Shown: piece after piece, positions 12,616-24,751 of the stretch
How the letters are laid out: each line of letters opens with the position of its first letter
Numbering within the stretch: the stretch's first letter is position 1
Assembly (NCBI RefSeq): GCF_037042905.1
Contig: NC_087250.1
Location: 8,682,001-8,746,000 of the forward strand
Length of the DNA: 64,000 bases
From: Lytechinus pictus
Lineage: Eukaryota
Reading direction: 5' to 3'
Notes under the pieces: generated by a model
Seen by the model: only the letters and a program-made list of their open reading frames with translations
What the model was told of the DNA's origin: nothing
The model's database searches: none
Position numbers and translations under genes: made by a program

Positions 12616-12772
12616 GGGAGCGTTTCATGAAAGGACTTGTCAGACATTTTATCCGACAAGTCCCATTTTATCCGACAGTTACCATAGTAACATTGATTAT
12701 CAGCCAATCAAAATCAAGGAAAGATGTCAGATCTGACAACACATTGGACAAAAATGTTGATGAAACGCTCCC
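12616..12772. mobile_element. Harbinger-like MITE (GGGAGCGTTTCAT family); other copies at ~34436-34580 and ~56663-56821
   Basis: TIR GGGAGCGTTTCAT/ATGAAACGCTCCC with a CAG TSD. Absent from the mirror arm at ~10225-10240. Confidence 0.8.
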
Positions 12773-12930
12773 CAGATCGCTGAGGGCCAGCAATATTTGA
12801 AATAAGCACCCCGCACTCCGTCAATATGTCAAAGTGCAATACTGCAGATCATATAAAACTCAAAGAAATAATTTACAGCCTCTCAACAGAAAATGATTGT
12901 TCCGGATGGTTATTATTCAACCAAAGCCAC

Positions 12931-13070
12931 TTCAAATGTGTAACTGCAGAAGAAGCTAGCTGGTTTGTGTATTCATGGTGCTTCATACTTACGTAACATC
13001 TATATCAGCAATTAAGGGTGCCAAAGTATTATAATCCTTGCATCGGACAAAGATGTGGTTGTGTTGGATT
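12931..13070 (+). pseudogene. Frameshifted Academ-type transposase fragment
   Basis: Reads FKCVTAEEA / GLCIHGA...*GCQSIIILASDKDVVVL. This resembles the EEAD-x-R-xx-H...SxDTDV motif of Academ transposases (recognised from memory, not searched). Confidence 0.5.
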
Positions 13071-14082
13071 TGTTTTCAGTGCCAATACAATGGGTTTTAC
13101 TCACCATTATAATGTTGTACATCATTCAAACTTGGTAACCATATTGGAATTCAAAATGGCATCTATTTATTATGTTTTTTTTCATGATCAAAGATGCAAA
13201 GATCAAGTGTTTCTCCAAATTCAAAGTGTTAAAGGCCATACGTAAGACTTGAGCAAATTATCTTTCATGGCGGCCATCTTGAATTTTAAAATGGCGGCCG
13301 ACGAGATGGTCAAATCACTTGGAGCCGGCAATATTTGAAATCAGCACCCCAAATTAAGCCTATATGCCAAATTTCAGTGTCACATATCATGTAAAACTCA
13401 TGAAAATGACATTTAATGATTTTTCATGGCGGCCATCTTGGATTTCAAAATGGCGGCCATTTAGCCGCTGACCAAGTGGTCAAATTGCTGGGGGCCGGCA
13501 ATATTTGAAATCAGTGCCTAAATATACCCCAACATACCAAATTTCAGTGTCACACGTCATGTAAAACTCAAGAAAATGACATTAATGATTTCAAAATGGC
13601 GGCCATCTTGGATTTCAAAATGGCGGCCAACCCGATGGTCAAATCACTTGGGGCCGGCAATATTTGAAATCAGCACCCCAAATTAAGCCCATATGCCAAA
13701 TTTCAATACCGCAGTTCATATAAAACTCGAGAAAATGATTGCAATAATATATCATGGCGGCCATCTTGGATTTCAAGATGGCGGTCATTTTGCCGCCGAC
13801 CAAATGGTCAAATTGCTGGGGGCCGGCAATATTTGAAATCGGTGCCTCAAAATACCCCTATATATGCCAAATTTCAGTGTCACATGTCATGTAAAACTCA
13901 AGAAATTGACATTTAATTATTTATCATGGCGGCCATCTTGGATTTCAAAATGGCGGCCGACCCGATGGTCAAATCGCTTGGGGCCGGCAATTTTTGAAAT
14001 CAGCGCCCAAAAATACCCCTGTATGCCAACTTTCACACTTTCTGCCAGATTCGAGCATCTTTTTCACATATCTACTGGACTA

Positions 14083-14878
14083 ATATATACTTTTCATTTT
14101 CATTATTTTTATCACATTATCATCATGGCCTTATGCAAAAAAAATTTCCGGGGGGGGGGGAGGGGAGCAGGACGCGCGTAAACTTTCTAAAAAAATCTTG
14201 GATGCGAGACAGCGACACGACCAAGCTCAAATGACAAGCTTGGTCGTTTCGCTTTTTCAAGGTTTTTTTTTTAGAAAGTTTACGCGCGTCATGCTCCCCC
14301 CCCCCCCTGAAAAAATTCTGCGTGAGGCCATGGTGATAACGAGAAAAAAAATATAAAAATAATGAAAATGAAAAGTATATATAAATCAATGTGCCAGGCT
14401 CTTTTGAGCATGGCCGTACACAGAATTTCTTTCGGGGGGGGGGGGGGAGCATGCGTGTAAACTCGTTCTCAAGTTGAAAGCGACACAGCGAAGCGACCAA
14501 GCTTGTCATTTGGGCACTTTTTGGAGTTTTAAAAGTGAAATATGAAGGCTTTCGTGCACACTTTTGGTGAATTTTGTGATAATTTTCAATAGAAAAATAA
14601 GTTTTCAAAAATTTAGGGGTCATCATGCCCCCGTATTGTCGTTGCGAGCATTTTTGGGAAAAATTAACTTAACAAAAACAAAAAAACAAAAAATTATAGA
14701 AAGTAGAAGGGCCTGATTCACTTACACTCACTCTCTCAGCTCATATGCACTTGATCCGGATTTCGGGCTAAATTCCGCCCGACAGTTCCGGGGACCAACC
14801 AACGTAATATTTCGATGAAGAGCATTTCGTCGATTCACCGGTCAGTGGATTTCTAACAAGTGGGTCTCGCGTGCTGGG
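14083..14878. repeat. Right part of the palindromic host repeat
   Basis: Continues the unit broken at 487, has a local symmetry centre near 14220-14245 and mirrors positions 1-380. The right boundary (...GTGCTGGG, 14878) is tentative. Confidence 0.6.
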
Positions 14879-15244
14879 ATCTCACTTCTGGTGTCCACAA
14901 CACGCAACTTCTATGGCTTAATTTTTCTGTGCGCGACAACATGTAATGAACCCTTGGGTTGTTCCTACGATCAGAGAGAAAAGGTGTAATACACGCGCGC
15001 CTACGGGGATTGTGAACTGTAGGAAAAATCGTATAAAATTACACTTTTTGATATTTCTACGAAGACGAAGTTATATAGAAAATGAAGAATATTACAATCA
15101 GACCATATCCCTAGAAAATTGCTTCAAGAAATGCCATTATGAAGAGGAAACGGACAAAAATTTGTGAAAAAAAATCACGAAAAAGGAAATCGCATCATGA
15201 ATATTCATATCATGGGCGGTCCCACATTTGCATGTTATAGCGAG

Positions 15245-16082
15245 TTTTCCATTATTTAATAAATAATGGCATTATTTAATAAATAATGGTTATTTGTATA
15301 TAAATAATGATTATTTGTATATAATGGCAAACTGTAAAAATTGTTTATAAATAATGATTATATATAAATAATGGGATATTGAAACTAAATTATTATTTAT
15401 AAATAATGAAGTAGATATTTCATTATTTAACAAATAATCTTTATTTATAAATAATGGAAAACTCGAACATTAAATAATGATAATTTATAAATAATGAAAA
15501 TATTGGCGCACTCGAAAAAATTATTTATAAATAATGAAGTAGACGTTTTCATTATTTAACAAATAATCATTATTTATAAATAATGGGAAACTCAACAAAT
15601 TATTTATAAATAAAGAAATGTGCACTGGCATTGTAAATAAATAATTATCATTTATAAATAATAGAAAACTTATTTATAAATAATGGAAAAACGAATTGCA
15701 ATTATTTATAAATAATGAAGTATGTAGTATCATTATTTATAAATAATGAAAAACGAAATCATTATTTATAAATAATAAAAGACAAATAATCATTATTTAT
15801 AAATAATGAAAAACAAATAATCATTATTTATGAATAATGAAAATCAAATAATCATTATTTATAAATAATGAAAAACAAATAATCATTATTTATAAATAAT
15901 GGAATGTCGAACTATTATTATTTACAAATAATGAAGTATTACTTGGAATTATATATAAATAATTAGAAATGTTATTTTGTATAATAGTAATTATTTACAA
16001 ATAAAATGTAAATTATATATAAATAATAGTTATTATTTAATAAATAATGATTATATAACAAATAATTGTTCTATATAATATT
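15245..16082. repeat. AT-rich minisatellite of self-complementary TTATTTATAAATAA units
   Basis: More than 20 degenerate copies of (CA)TTATTTATAAATAATG with short spacers. Confidence 0.85.
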
Positions 16083-16563
16083 GGTACAATCGGCGCCTCA
16101 TAGTTTTCAAGATCGCTTTGCCTCGTTAAACTGGTTTAAGCGTAAGTGAGGACACAACCGTTCTTCGGGAAGTGATCTTCGCACATTTTGAGCGCGCTAC
16201 TCCACACGACAGGTGTATATGAATGCCCATGCTGCGGTTTCGAAATTCGCGCGAAACGTGTCACCCCACTGAGAGCGTTTCCATAGCAACAAGAGCGCTT
16301 TACGTGAAGTGATTTTGAAAACCACTTTCGTGTGATCAATTGGGAACGCTAGCAAAGCGATCTTCCAAAGTGGTTTCCTGAATCGGTTTCCAGTAAACTA
16401 ATGATAATGGCCTCTAAGTTTATATTTAAATATCAGTATGGAACCCGTAACGCAAAGGTTAGCGATGAATTGCTAAATGAAATGGCCTTTCAAGACTACC
16501 ATTGCATGCGCAACTCGCTCAGTAGACTGATTAGGAACCAATCAGAATTGTTCTTTCAAAATG

Positions 16564-16806
16564 TCCGGTGTTGATTTAACACCAGCCCGGAATCTATATA
16601 TGTCCACACCAGAGAAGTATTGAAACAACACCAGTTAGGAATCAAACTGATGCTGTTTTAGCATGTTTAATACTAATTGGTGTAGTGTAATAAAACACAT
16701 ATCTGGTGTTAGACCAAAGCGAAACTGGTGTTGTTTAACACTTCTCTGGTGTGGACATTTATAGATTCCGGGCTGGTGTTAAATCAACACCAGAGTTTTT
16801 GCAGTG
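16564..16806. mobile_element. CACTG (CACTA/EnSpm-like) palindromic MITE, left end missing, nested in a Harbinger-like MITE (~16441-16837)
   Basis: Same internal sequence as the copies at 23913 and 27664. The host has TIR ACCCGTAACGCAAAGGTTAGCGA/TCGCTAACCTTTGTGTTACGGGC. Confidence 0.75.
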
Positions 16807-17039
16807 CGGGTATTCGCTAACCTTTGTGTTACGGGCCTCTGGCCCTGTTTGTTTGTCTTTTTATAGTTTTATTTGGGGTGGGGGTTGGCTCATCTGCCCC
16901 TCCCCATGTCCAGACAGAATTCAGATATTGAAGTTCACAAGACTTCTGGTTAAATACGTATTAGATTAACGGAACAAACAAACTGTGAAATACACTTGAC
17001 TTTGTTAAAAAAGTGGTTCAAATGGTGTAATTCAGTTAA

Positions 17040-18047
17040 AGGACAAGTCCACCACAACAAATCATTTATTTGAATAAAAATCTAACAAGCACAACACTGA
17101 AAATTTCATCAAAATCGGATGTAAAATAAAGTTATGACATTTTAAAGTTGTACTTGATTTCACAAAACAGTTATATGCACATCTTATTCGGTATGTAAAT
17201 GAGGAGACTTGATGACGTCATCCACTTACTATTTCTTTGGTATTTTATTATATGAAATATGGCATATTCTAATTTTTTCCTCATTGTCAAGTGAAACAAC
17301 AGTTAATTACTCCCTGAACATGTGGAATTAACATTGTTTAATACTATATGGTTCAGTCAAGTTAGTCCTTATTGTCAATCTATCAAAAAATGAAATATTG
17401 TATAATTCAAACAATACAAAACAAAAGAAATGAGTGAAGAACATCATCGACTGGCTAATTTACATGTCACTGAATAAGCCTGTTCACGGTTGTAAACTGC
17501 GCACGAGCAGAAAAAGGTCATTGGAGACAACCATGAAGGTGGCTTTCAAATTCACTGACATAGGCATTTGTGATTTGATGATTATTCATGTATTCCTTTC
17601 AAAATATTTATCACATCCAAGCTGAAGAGTAATAAATAGAGCCTTCATAATCACTGGTATTTGACAGTAGCCTAAACAATAGTCAAATGTGCCAAAGGTA
17701 GACAATAAAACAGATTTCCAAACTTTATCCCTGATGTACTATTCTAGTCATCTGGTCTATACAATGCCTTTTGTTCTTAGAATTTGAATACTCTACCGGT
17801 AAAGCTTACGCAACATCTACATTTGAAATTGATAGTGCTTATCCTAATGAAAAATCACAAAGGTCATTGGAGAAAAGTTGATCATGAGCTAACCGTGAAC
17901 TGGCTTATTGTGCATACACTGTTTTGTGAAAAATAAGCGATAACTTTTTTATTTTACATCCGATTTTGATGAAATTTTCAGCGTTATGCTAGTTTGATTT
18001 TTCTCAATTTATTAAAATCAACCTTTTTTCTGGGGTGGACTTGACCT
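17040..18047. mobile_element. Kolobok-like MITE (AGGACAAGTCCAC family) with a nested MITE at ~17475-17906
   Basis: TTAA TSD and TIR AGGACAAGTCCACC/GGTGGACTTGACCT. A second copy at 57048 lacks the insert, which has its own TIR AAGCCTGTTCACGGTT/AACCGTGAACTGGCTT. Confidence 0.8.
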
Positions 18048-18553
18048 TTAAATTGGCTGACCCTGCCAGCCCGCCTGCCAATCCAGTGCGTGCTCAATCC
18101 ACATGTATACTCTGTTACGTTTATTATGTATTGTATTACATAGTACACTGCAAAAACACCAGTGTTGATTTAACACCAGCCTGATATCTTAATGGGAAAA
18201 CACTCGAGAGGTGTTTTTTGCGGTTTTGGCGTAATGGTTACAGCAGATAGGCATTAAAGTAATAATAAATTTGACATAATTTCAGTTCAATCCATACACT
18301 GATAAAGATTTAAAAAACACGTCAGTCTGCTCTGTTTCCGATAGCAATGTTTATTGGTCGATGTTTAATTGTAACAGATTGTCTATTTTTACAGTTTTAT
18401 TCGTGTTATAATAACAGAGATGGTGATTCTTTCGTGAAGTCACACTTTCGTTCGTGCGAAGGGGTAGCACCCCCGGCCCCCATCTATTTCTCAGCAGAAT
18501 CCAGATGTTCAATGAATCTGAATGTAGTTGTAGTAGTAGAAGTAAAAGTAGCA

Positions 18554-18797
18554 CACTGCAAAAACTCTGGTTTTGATTTAACACCAGCCCGGAATCTATT
18601 TTTATGTCAACAACAGAGAAATATTGAAACAACACCAGTTTGGAATCAAACCGATGCTGTTTTAATACTAATTGGTGTTGTATAAACACCTATCTGGTAT
18701 TAGGCCAAAACGACACTGGTGTTGTTTAACACTTCTCTGGTGTGGACATATATAGATTCCGGGGTGGTGTTAAATCAACACCAGAGTTTTTGCAGTA
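18554..18797. mobile_element. CACTG palindromic MITE inserted at the edge of a (GTA)n tract
   Basis: CACTGCAAAAACTC...GAGTTTTTGCAGTA, with CA on both flanks. Confidence 0.85.
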
Positions 18798-18991
18798 CAG
18801 TAGTAGTAGAAGTAATAGTAATAGTAGTAGTAGCAGCAGCAGTAGTAGTAGTAGTGGTAGTAGTAGTAATAGTAGTAGTACTAGTAGCAGTCGTCGTCGT
18901 AATAGTATTAGTAGTAGTAATAGAGGTAATATTAGTAGAAGTAGTAGTAGTAGTATAAGTAGTAGTAGTAGAAGAAACAGTAATAATAGTA

Positions 18992-19036
<45 letters not shown>

Positions 19037-19042
19037 ATAGTA
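18798..19042. repeat. Imperfect (GTA)n microsatellite
   Basis: Direct read. It explains the poly-S/V/L/T ORFs in the track. Confidence 0.95.
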
Positions 19043-19144
19043 CACTGCAAAACCTTTCACGGACCATTTTCTTAGAGTTTTCTCTCTTCACACAAGCTAA
19101 CCATTTTCACCGGCTTTATTCTCACCAAACACCTATTAAAACTA

Positions 19145-19364
19145 CACTGCAAAAACTCCGGTGTTGATTTAACACCAGACCGGAATCTATATATGTTCAC
19201 ACCAGAGAAATATCAAACCAATGCTGTTTTAATACCAATTGGTGTTGTATAAACACCTATCTGGTGTTAGACCAAAACCAAACTGGTGTTGTTTAACACT
19301 TCTCTGGTGTGGACATAAATAGATTCCAGACTGGTGTTAAATCAACAACGGAGTTTTTGCAGTA
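19145..19364. mobile_element. CACTG palindromic MITE
   Basis: Same family, with a small internal deletion. Confidence 0.85.
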
Positions 19365-20139
19365 TGGTATTATGTGTTAACAGTAATACTTTACATTCAA
19401 TCTACAACAGATTTGAAATTGAATATTTGCTGCGCAGAGAAGTATATGGTGCCCCTAAGAGGACTTTAAAAAAATTATAACTATCATTATCTCATAGGGA
19501 CCCCGAGATAATCCGAGATTTATAAAAGGCGGGGGCGCTCCATTTTATGCACTCTTAGGGGCTCTCAAGACATGATAGAGAATAGAATTATATTTCACCG
19601 TGATATCAGAAAGTGTGTGTAAATACATTATAGTCGATCACCTAAATTGATGAATTTGCTTTCTTCTTTTTTTTGCTTGGATTGGATAATCCGGTTTTAC
19701 AGTGGCGTAATGGCCAGGGGCTCAACATGGCGTATCGCGTAAAATTAATAAAAAGTTGCAAGCGAGTAGAAATTTCGACGCTTTTATGAAAAAAAATCAA
19801 AGTTTTGTGATAGACCTTGACATAATATTTAAAAAATAATATATTTCACCCTTAACTCTTTCCTTTTCTTTGCTTTTCCCCTTTTTCTTGCTTGTAAAAA
19901 ATATGCGGGGCAAGAGCCCCACCCCCTAATATTTACGCCAGTGCTGTTCAGGACCAAACACATGCTTAAAAAATGAATACGCGGTGTACCGTCCAGTCTC
20001 CACACTGATTTCTTAACGAAGATATATTTGAACCTACAGCATACCATCCTGTTTATAGGCTACCCTGTATATTGATACGAGAGAACGGGGCGAGTGAGAA
20101 AAACAACAAAAATCCGAAAAATAGCGTTTTTTGTTTGTG

Positions 20140-20660
20140 TAATAATAATTGATAATAATTACTTCTTATTAAGCGCTTTTTCAAAAGTTACAAAGCGCTG
20201 TACAAAATGACAAAACAAATACAATCGGTGAAAACTCAAAACAAAACTACACAAAATGAAACACTACTTGCAATATATTAAACATGTTGAAACAAATGAG
20301 ATTTAAGCATCTTCTTAAACACATCAATAGAAGAACATTGTCTAAGTTTATGGGGTAATCTATTCCAATATTTGGGGGCAAACACAGAAAATGACCTATC
20401 ACCTACTAATTTAATGTTCGGGGGATGTGAAGAGGGATATGTGATGATGACCGAGTGTTGTACATTGATTGGCGAACTGTTAGGAGGTCTGACAGGTATG
20501 ATGGAGCTTGATCATTGAGACATTAGAATGTGATAGTCAGAGACTTATGCTCAATTCGATTTTTTACTTTCAGCCAGTGAATTACTTGAACACGCTAATG
20601 ATGCGCGGGTACCACATTCAGACGAAAATTGAGATTCATTTATTGGTGCATGTTAAAAAC
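20140..20660 (-). pseudogene. 3' fragment of an L2-type LINE
   Basis: The minus strand reads HWLKVKNRIEHK...APSYLSDLL...GDRSFSVFAPKYWNRLP...FKKMLKSHLF, followed by an L2-type AGCGCT stem-loop and a TAT-rich tail. Confidence 0.8.
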
Positions 20661-20663
20661 ATA

Positions 20664-20811
20664 CACTGCAAAAACTCCGGTGTTGATTTAATACCAGCCC
20701 GGAATCTATATATGTCCTCACCAGAGAAGTGTTAAACAACACCAGTTTCTCTGGTGTGGACAAATATAGATTCTGGATTGGTGTTAAATCAACACCGGAG
20801 TTTTCGCAGTG
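20664..20811. mobile_element. CACTG MITE, internally deleted (148 bp)
   Basis: CACTG...CAGTG termini with a TA TSD. Confidence 0.85.
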
Positions 20812-21841
20812 TAGAAATTTGTCCTCCACTGGCAGTGCATACACAACATTATAAAGTATTATATAAACACCAAAAAAGAATAATTAGAAAATGTTTAAAC
20901 ATTGAAGGATATATGAATAAACATGTATTACTATACAACATGAAAACGAATTGGCAAATTGTACCAATAAGGGCAAAGAATGAACAAAATGAAAAACGCG
21001 TGAAATGAAATACGGCTGAAAGTTAACCCGTTGACTTCGGTATTGTGTGATTCCCATAGACTTAGTAAAGGGATCACCTGGTTCTATTAGGCAATGGGTT
21101 AACTGAAGAGAAAGGATGGAAGAAACCATGTATACATGGCATAGGAGCGAAAAAATTGGGTATTAGACGACATTGGTTTAGCACAACTGGAAATCGGGTG
21201 AAGTTACTTGTTCACTGCAATCACCCTGAGTATGGGGAATCTACAGAAAGTTCTATGCAGTACACAACACACACTTAAAAATCTTTAAAATGTCACTTTT
21301 GTAATGGAAAATATTTATTTCCCTATAGTTGTGATTTATTTTTCATTTGTAAGTTGGGGATATTTTTTTTAAATTCACCAGAATGCTCAAAAACTTAAGT
21401 TTTGAGCATTGTTTATGTAGGCCCTCTAATGGCATGATTGGTGGAAAGTTAAGTTGCTTCTGAAATGTCAAGGAACAATCTCTCTTTTTGATTAGAAAAA
21501 AAAATAATTAAAAGAAGTCAAGTTATCTCAGAGCCAAGTTCATGAAGTTATACGATGAATGGGAGTAATGGAAACTGACAGTGTCAAAAAAATCAAGCAT
21601 TTTGTCCCCAAGAACAAGAGAACATAAAGACAAACATTGCCGAACTCATTTCACCTCAATCCTAACAGACAGCAAGCCCCAAGGTTATTTCATAACCGTG
21701 TTCTTTGAGTGAGTAGGTGAAGTATTGCATTGCCTAACATTCATAGAGAAGCTAGAAAGTCGTGTACATTGGGAAATTTTAATTAGACTGCTTGGATAAG
21801 AACAAGTGAAGAAATTAAGTTATAGATCTTGCTCTTCAATT

Positions 21842-22225
21842 GGTAAATTCTCAATTCGTCTACTGCCAACTCGTCCATTCACCAAATGGCCTAATATCAT
21901 GTAGTCTAATGCCATTCCGTCCATCAACATTGGTCCAATGGCCATTTGGACCGATCATTACTTCGTCTAATCACGGCCATTTCGTCTATGAACATTTCGT
22001 CTCATATAAACAGCTGGTCTATTTTTTTTTTCATTTTCATTCATTTCACACGATTGACACTTAGTCCAATTAGACCAAAATGGCTATCGGACCAACTGGT
22101 TATTAGACGAAATGGTGATTGGACGAAATGGTAATCAGACCATGTGGATTTTTGACGAACTGATGGTAGACCAAATGTTAGTAGACGAGTTGGCTATTGG
22201 ACGAATTGGCATAAGACGAAACGGA
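21842..22225. repeat. Palindromic MITE family (GGTAAATTGCCAATT type); relatives at ~40890-41125, ~58760-59313 and ~61365-61690
   Basis: Shared short subrepeats (CATTTCGTCTA / TAGACGAAATG) in inverted halves. Confidence 0.65.
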
Positions 22226-22236
22226 AAAAAAACTCT

Positions 22237-22511
22237 TCAAATTTGGGTCGAATCTTTATTGGGTCGAATCTTCATCTCGCTCATCTTGAAAGAGTACCTT
22301 TTTTCCCCAGAGCTCCACACGACACCGTTACCGAAAGCATGGTAATAAGTGTCTCGGTTCTGACCATGTACATACTTCCCGTTGAGATTAGATATAATGC
22401 AGTTTTTGAACCACCACCCTGACCTGTATAAGCGTCCACAATGATACCCAAGGTTATTCTTGCAGTCTGGTGTGCTAAACGCGTTGCCGTTGTGATAACT
22501 AAGGCCGTTTC
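22237..22511 (-). CDS. Fibrinogen-related domain protein (ficolin/MFAP4/tenascin-like), last exon
   Basis: Acceptor TTCAG, phase 1. Reads GNGLSYHNGNAFSTPDCKNNLGYHCGRLYRSGWWFKNCIISNLNGKY...GVVW...SFKMSEMKIRPNKDSTQI*. Confidence 0.9.
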
Positions 22512-23912
22512 CTGAAGAAAAAAAAAGCAGAACAGAATTAGAATAAAAATGTTGTGTTCATAACTGTGGATGACAAACCTTTATAACTCATCTTTCCTTG
22601 ACTTGCAATATTAAATCCTCATATTTTTATATTTGCAAGTTTACTCAAGTCGTATCTCTTTACATGTCTACTTGTACTTTATTATTGTTTAGTTACATTT
22701 TCGTGCTATGGTCATAAAGGTATGCCTATTGCATTTTGAGGAGTGCGTTGCATGCATGAGTGATTCCATTGTTCAGTTCAGCTTATGGTCAAGAGTTTTA
22801 ACATTATTATCTCAGGAGTGATTCCCTTTTTTTTAAATAAATAAAACAATTAAATATAGACTCTCTGAAAAAAATGGCACTCGCTGATTACAGTGAATGG
22901 CACATTAAGAGTTGATATATAGGCCTACATGGATATTTTTATCAACCATTGGAATTGAGCCAGGAGGCTTTGTGTCACATTTTCTTTTTCTTTTGCCACT
23001 GACGTTCCAATGGTTGATATATTTTGTCTTGTATTGTTTATACTGGAATGTGTTGTTCCTTATAATTTCTTCGCCGAAAACATTTTTTTCATATTTATGT
23101 ATTCTTTGCCGAAAACATGAAATAAAGATGATAGCAATAGCAGAATAAATGAAACCATTCCTTTTCTTCCATGTATTTTTGGAATATTTTGTAATATTGG
23201 GGTTTTCCCACTTTATTTTAAGTTTAAATACCTGTAGCTGTAAATGCCAGCCGACACGCCTTCTTTTTGGTCAGGAATAAGTATGCTGAAGACTAAAGCC
23301 CATTTAACAGATGCAAGAATGCAACGCGGATCAGCACGAATCCTAGTCTAGATCTGGACGCTAGTAGTTATTTGTTCGAAATACCCTACACTCACTCATC
23401 GCACACAGCTACACACACACCCACATACTCACCCCCCCTCCCACACACCGTCTTTTCACTTGCTTATAGCGACTAAAGCTGCCAGATTATTTATGAACTA
23501 AGTTGAAAAAATGATAATTTCCATGAAAAATCAGGTGTTTCCTGAACGATGCTAAATATACATTGCGTACAGGGAGACAGGGAATATGTAACGTAGGACC
23601 TATTGACAAGAAAAATAATAAATTCAAGCACGAGAACGAGGCGAGAAAGCTTAATTTCAGAGAGTCTTTTTTTCCTTTTTGTATTTTGAGATAAACATTA
23701 TAAAGGATTACGTGGGTGTACGTTTGGACCATGAATACTAATGAAATATTCATGGGCGGAGAGCGTAATTTCAAACCAATTGCAGTTAAGATAACTCAAT
23801 AAAACTTTTTTGATTTTGAGACAATCAGGCAATTAAGACTTTGAAAAATAAAACACGTCCAATATTGGTAGTTTAATTCAAAGCCTCCAAAACAGAGTTA
23901 GCCCTTATCATA

Positions 23913-24148
23913 CACTGCAAAAACTCCGGTGTTGATTTAACACAAGCCCGGAATCTATATATGTCCACACCAGAGAAGTATTGAAACAACATCAGTTTGA
24001 AATCAAACCGATGCTGTTTTAATACTAATTGGTGCTGTATAAACACCTATCTGGTGTTGGACCAAAACGAAACTGGTGTTGTTTAACACTTCTCTGGTGT
24101 GGACATATATAGATATGATTTTAAATCAACACCGGAGTTTTTGCAGTG
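23913..24148. mobile_element. CACTG palindromic MITE in a FReD intron
   Basis: CACTG...CAGTG termini with a TA TSD. Confidence 0.9.
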
Positions 24149-24217
24149 TAGTTGGGGGAAAAATAAGCGTCCGGGGGCTCCCCTCCTGATCCGGTTGAGT
24201 ACGAATTTCCTTTAATT

Positions 24218-24482
24218 AGAGAGTTTTCGCAAGCACGACGCGGATGCCCTCTACATCAACGCACCGAATGCAAGTCAAAGTTGCACCGGACGAAAAATTC
24301 CAATATGTCGTTGTCCAGAGTCGGGAGACGATGACGCTGCTGTCCCGGTCCACCAACTTTCGACAAATGCATCTTTAGCTCTTCATTGTGATTCGAGTCA
24401 AATCATTTGACGTGCATTTTTAAAGAATTTGGCCGGTGCGTTGTATCATAGAGCGACCGCGCAGTGATTGCGAAAACGCTCT
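24218..24482. mobile_element. MITE directly adjoining the FReD exon donor site
   Basis: TIR AGAGAGTTTTCGCAA/TTGCGAAAACGCTCT. It ends about 7 nt from the GT donor at 24489. Confidence 0.6.
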
Positions 24483-24489
24483 GTAATAC

Positions 24490-24751
24490 CTGCGGTACCG
24501 GAATAACCGCTGGCGGTCAGGCTGAAGTGTAATGTTTCATTGCCAATGTGAAAGAAGCCGTAATTTGCGTATCGAGTATTCCCTTCGAAGCCTGCCAGAT
24601 CAACCCGCAGTTCGTAATTCCTCTGACTCGACAGTCGATGAATCATATCGTTGCCAAGCCAGTGCTCGGACGCGACACTTCCAAAACCGATCTTGTAGTC
24701 AGACCAGTTTCGGTTGAAATCCTCAGAACCATCTCTTCTACGTTGGAAAAC
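24490..24751 (-). CDS. Fibrinogen-related domain protein, middle exon
   Basis: CAG acceptor and GTATT donor. Reads VFQRRRDGSEDFNRNWSDYKIGFG...EHWLGND...LRVDL...GYSGTAG. Phases match the neighbouring exons. Confidence 0.92.

Larger units (their letters stand above)
488..14082. mobile_element. Non-autonomous Academ-like DNA transposon with long modular TIRs, carrying nested insertions
   Basis: Termini TAG(488)...CTA(14082) are flanked by a 3-bp TSD ATA (485-487, 14083-14085). Removing the element restores ATTGATTTATATATACTTTTC, identical to the intact unit at ~194-214. The arms are built from ~120-bp AAGATGGCCGCCAT subrepeats in inverted orientation (488-827 plus 9479-~11005 versus ~12295-14082). 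A transposase-like remnant lies at 12931-13070. Confidence 0.7.

Noticed and set aside
18719..19167. Poly-Ser/Val/Leu/Thr ORFs
   Set aside because: They are translations of a (GTA)n microsatellite.
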